Shown here one piece after another: positions 61,928 to 64,000 of a DNA stretch of 64,000 nt. Source of the stretch: an uncultured cyanobacterium (GTDB lineage Bacteria; Cyanobacteriota; Cyanobacteriia; Cyanobacteriales; Microcystaceae); assembly GCA_963807635.1 (NCBI GenBank), contig CAWEDJ010000007.1:1-64000 (forward strand), written 5' to 3'. A program made the translations under genes and the position numbers. How positions within the stretch are numbered: the stretch's first letter is position 1; each line of letters begins with the position of its first letter. A model generated the notes under the pieces. The model was not told the origin of the DNA. It was given only the letters and a program-made list of their open reading frames with translations, and ran no database searches.

Positions 61928-64000
61928 ATGCCCAGAAAAAACTGGTTTTACTTATCTATCATCGTTATTTTTCTTTCCACGCTGATTTTCTGTATTTTTG
62001 TTTTTCCTTTATTTTGGCGATCGCCGAATTCCCAATCCGCCGTCCAAAACAAGGCCCTTTTAGTGAATCATTTTTCTGAAAAAGATAGTTGGCCCTTTGA
62101 ACCCGCCCCAGATAAGTATGATCCGAAGGCTTTATTGGATTTACGCTATCTCAATGAAAAAGTTGCAGGGGAGTCGGGTTTTATTCAACTTTCCTCTGAC
62201 AAAGAAGATTTTGTTTTAGGCAATGGTCAATCTATCCGTTTTTGGGCAGTAAATTCGGAAATTTGGCAAAAAGATCGGACTAAAATGAAAGATCAAGCCC
62301 GTTTTCTCGCCAAAAGAGGGGTTAATCTCGTTCGTTGGCATGGTCAAATTGCCCCCAAAAGTCCGACTTCTCAATTAACGGAGATTGATTCCCAAGCCCG
62401 TGAACAACTCTGGCAATATGTGGCGGCAATGAAGCAAGAAGGTATTTATGTCACTCTTTCTCCCTATTTTGCGAATGCGTTAAAAATTCAGCCGAGTTGG
62501 GGATTTGACAGCGATCGCACCTCGATGAATGGATTACTATTTTTTGATCCCGAATTACAAAAAGCCTATAAAGGTTGGTTAAAAGCGTTATTGGAACCCG
62601 TTAATCCCTATACGGGCATTGCTTTAAAAGATGAAACCGCGATCGCCCTCATTCAATTACAAAACGAAGATTCGCTCCTCTTTTGGACAGTTGACCAGAT
62701 TAAGGGTAAGGATTTAGAGTTACTGAAGCAAAAATTTGGAAATTGGTTAAACCCAAAATATGGCAGTTTTTCTCAAGTCCAACAAGCTTGGCAAAATACC
62801 CCGCTCGAAGGGGATGATTTCCAGACGGGAAAAATCGCGTTTTATCCCATGTGGCAAATTGTCCAGCAGAAAAACCTGAATCAGGGCCAAACCCAACGCA
62901 TGGCGGATCAGATTCAATTTTGGACAGAAACGATGAGCCAGTTTAATCAGGAAATCGTGCATTTTTTACGGGAAGAAATTGGCGCAAAACAGCTTATTAA
63001 TTCGGGCAACTGGAAAACGGCGAATACTCCCCAACTTAATGATGCAGAACGTTATTCCTACACGGTGGCCGACGTTATTGGGCTAAATCGTTACTACGGC
63101 GGCACTCACCAAGGAGAGCAGGCAGGATGGGCTATTATCAATGGGGATAAATTTACCGATCCTTCGATTTTATTGAATCCCGTCGAGTTGCCCATTAATA
63201 TTAAGCAGGTGACGGGGCATCCCACGATTGTTTCTGAAAGTTCCTGGGTTCCTCCCCTGGGCTATCAATCCGAAGGAACTTTTTTGATCAGTGCGTTCCA
63301 ATCGCTCAATGGGGTGGATGGGCTTTACTGGTTTACGGATGATGTCCCCCAATGGCAACAACCTGCTTCTGCTAATGGCTTTTTACCGTCCTTGGGAAAA
63401 TGGACAATTGCCACCCCTGAAATTTTAGGAAATTTTCCCGCTAGTGCTTTGATTTATCGTCAGGGTTATCTGAAACAAGCTCCTGTTATGGTTCAGGAAC
63501 ATCGACCCCTCACGGATCTCTGGCATCAAGTGTTGCCCCTGATTTCTGAAGACTCGGGTTTGGATCCTAATCGCGATCGCTTGCAAAACAATAAAACTTC
63601 CCAACTCACGACCGTAAATCCTCTCGCTTTTTTGGTCGGGAAAATCAAAGTCACTTATGATAGCGATCGCAGTCAAAATCGAGTAATGGATCTAACGCCC
63701 TATCTTGACGAAAAAAACCGCACCGTTCATTCCATTACAGGAGAAATTAGCTGGAATTATGGTCAGGGGATTTGTGTTTTAAATAGTCCTAAAGCCCAGG
63801 GCGTGACGGGTTTTCTGAAATCGGTCGGCACAATTGCGCTGAAAGATGGGTCAATTACTGCGGACAATGACTATGCCACCGTCGCGATCGCCTCAATGGA
63901 TAACCAAAACATTACCCAATCTCAAAAAATTCTGGTTCAAGTGGGAACCATCACCCGATCAACGGGTTGGAAACAAAAAATGGCTCAATGGGTCGATCCA
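61928..64000 (+). CDS. Membrane-anchored GH5-like (clan GH-A) glycoside hydrolase, runs off window
   Basis: Open from ATG 61928 (MPRKNWFYL); N-terminal TM; IRFWAVN, GVNLVRWH, NPYTG, IQLQNED; absent from ORF track because no stop falls in the window. Confidence 0.75.
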   Translation, partial: MPRKNWFYLSIIVIFLSTLIFCIFVFPLFWRSPNSQSAVQNKALLVNHFSEKDSWPFEPAPDKYDPKALLDLRYLNEKVAGESGFIQLSSDKEDFVLGNGQSIRFWAVNSEIWQKDRTKMKDQARFLAKRGVNLVRWHGQIAPKSPTSQLTEIDSQAREQLWQYVAAMKQEGIYVTLSPYFANALKIQPSWGFDSDRTSMNGLLFFDPELQKAYKGWLKALLEPVNPYTGIALKDETAIALIQLQNEDSLLFWTVDQIKGKDLELLKQKFGNWLNPKYGSFSQVQQAWQNTPLEGDDFQTGKIAFYPMWQIVQQKNLNQGQTQRMADQIQFWTETMSQFNQEIVHFLREEIGAKQLINSGNWKTANTPQLNDAERYSYTVADVIGLNRYYGGTHQGEQAGWAIINGDKFTDPSILLNPVELPINIKQVTGHPTIVSESSWVPPLGYQSEGTFLISAFQSLNGVDGLYWFTDDVPQWQQPASANGFLPSLGKWTIATPEILGNFPASALIYRQGYLKQAPVMVQEHRPLTDLWHQVLPLISEDSGLDPNRDRLQNNKTSQLTTVNPLAFLVGKIKVTYDSDRSQNRVMDLTPYLDEKNRTVHSITGEISWNYGQGICVLNSPKAQGVTGFLKSVGTIALKDGSITADNDYATVAIASMDNQNITQSQKILVQVGTITRSTGWKQKMAQWVDP

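Noticed and set aside
62747..63676. Short minus-strand ORFs, and similar antisense ORFs elsewhere in the track
   Set aside because: Shadows of longer well-supported genes on the opposite strand

Overview
64 kb of a cyanobacterial chromosome. It is AT-rich and saturated with the HIP1 octamer GCGATCGC; the gene content suggests a unicellular or colonial Synechocystis/Microcystis-like lineage (inference). Core genes include gcvP, ruvB, an arsR-aquaporin-arsC-arsH operon, ileS, a SNF2 helicase, larC, rfbC, pdxJ, ycf54, a Gld-type ABC transporter, rplT/rpmI, pirA and tRNA-Leu(GAG). Many genes are split by single-base indels at CCWGG, GGWCC or homopolymer sites, most likely long-read assembly errors. 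The main candidate system is a ~12 kb island (24.8-36.4 kb). It encodes a membrane receptor with an intact caspase-like CHAT protease domain, a DUF1822 protein and an ECF/HetZ-like sigma factor. Flanking envelope-stress genes (PspA, SPFH, HtpX-like, TPR, a receptor-ectodomain paralogue) share a bipartite motif GTAAAG-N14-GCGAAA. Other points: an LRR-TIR protein, a DUF262+HEPN candidate defence pair, and several accessory cassettes flanked by duplicated host sequence ending exactly at HIP1 sites. All family assignments are from motif recognition; no searches were run.
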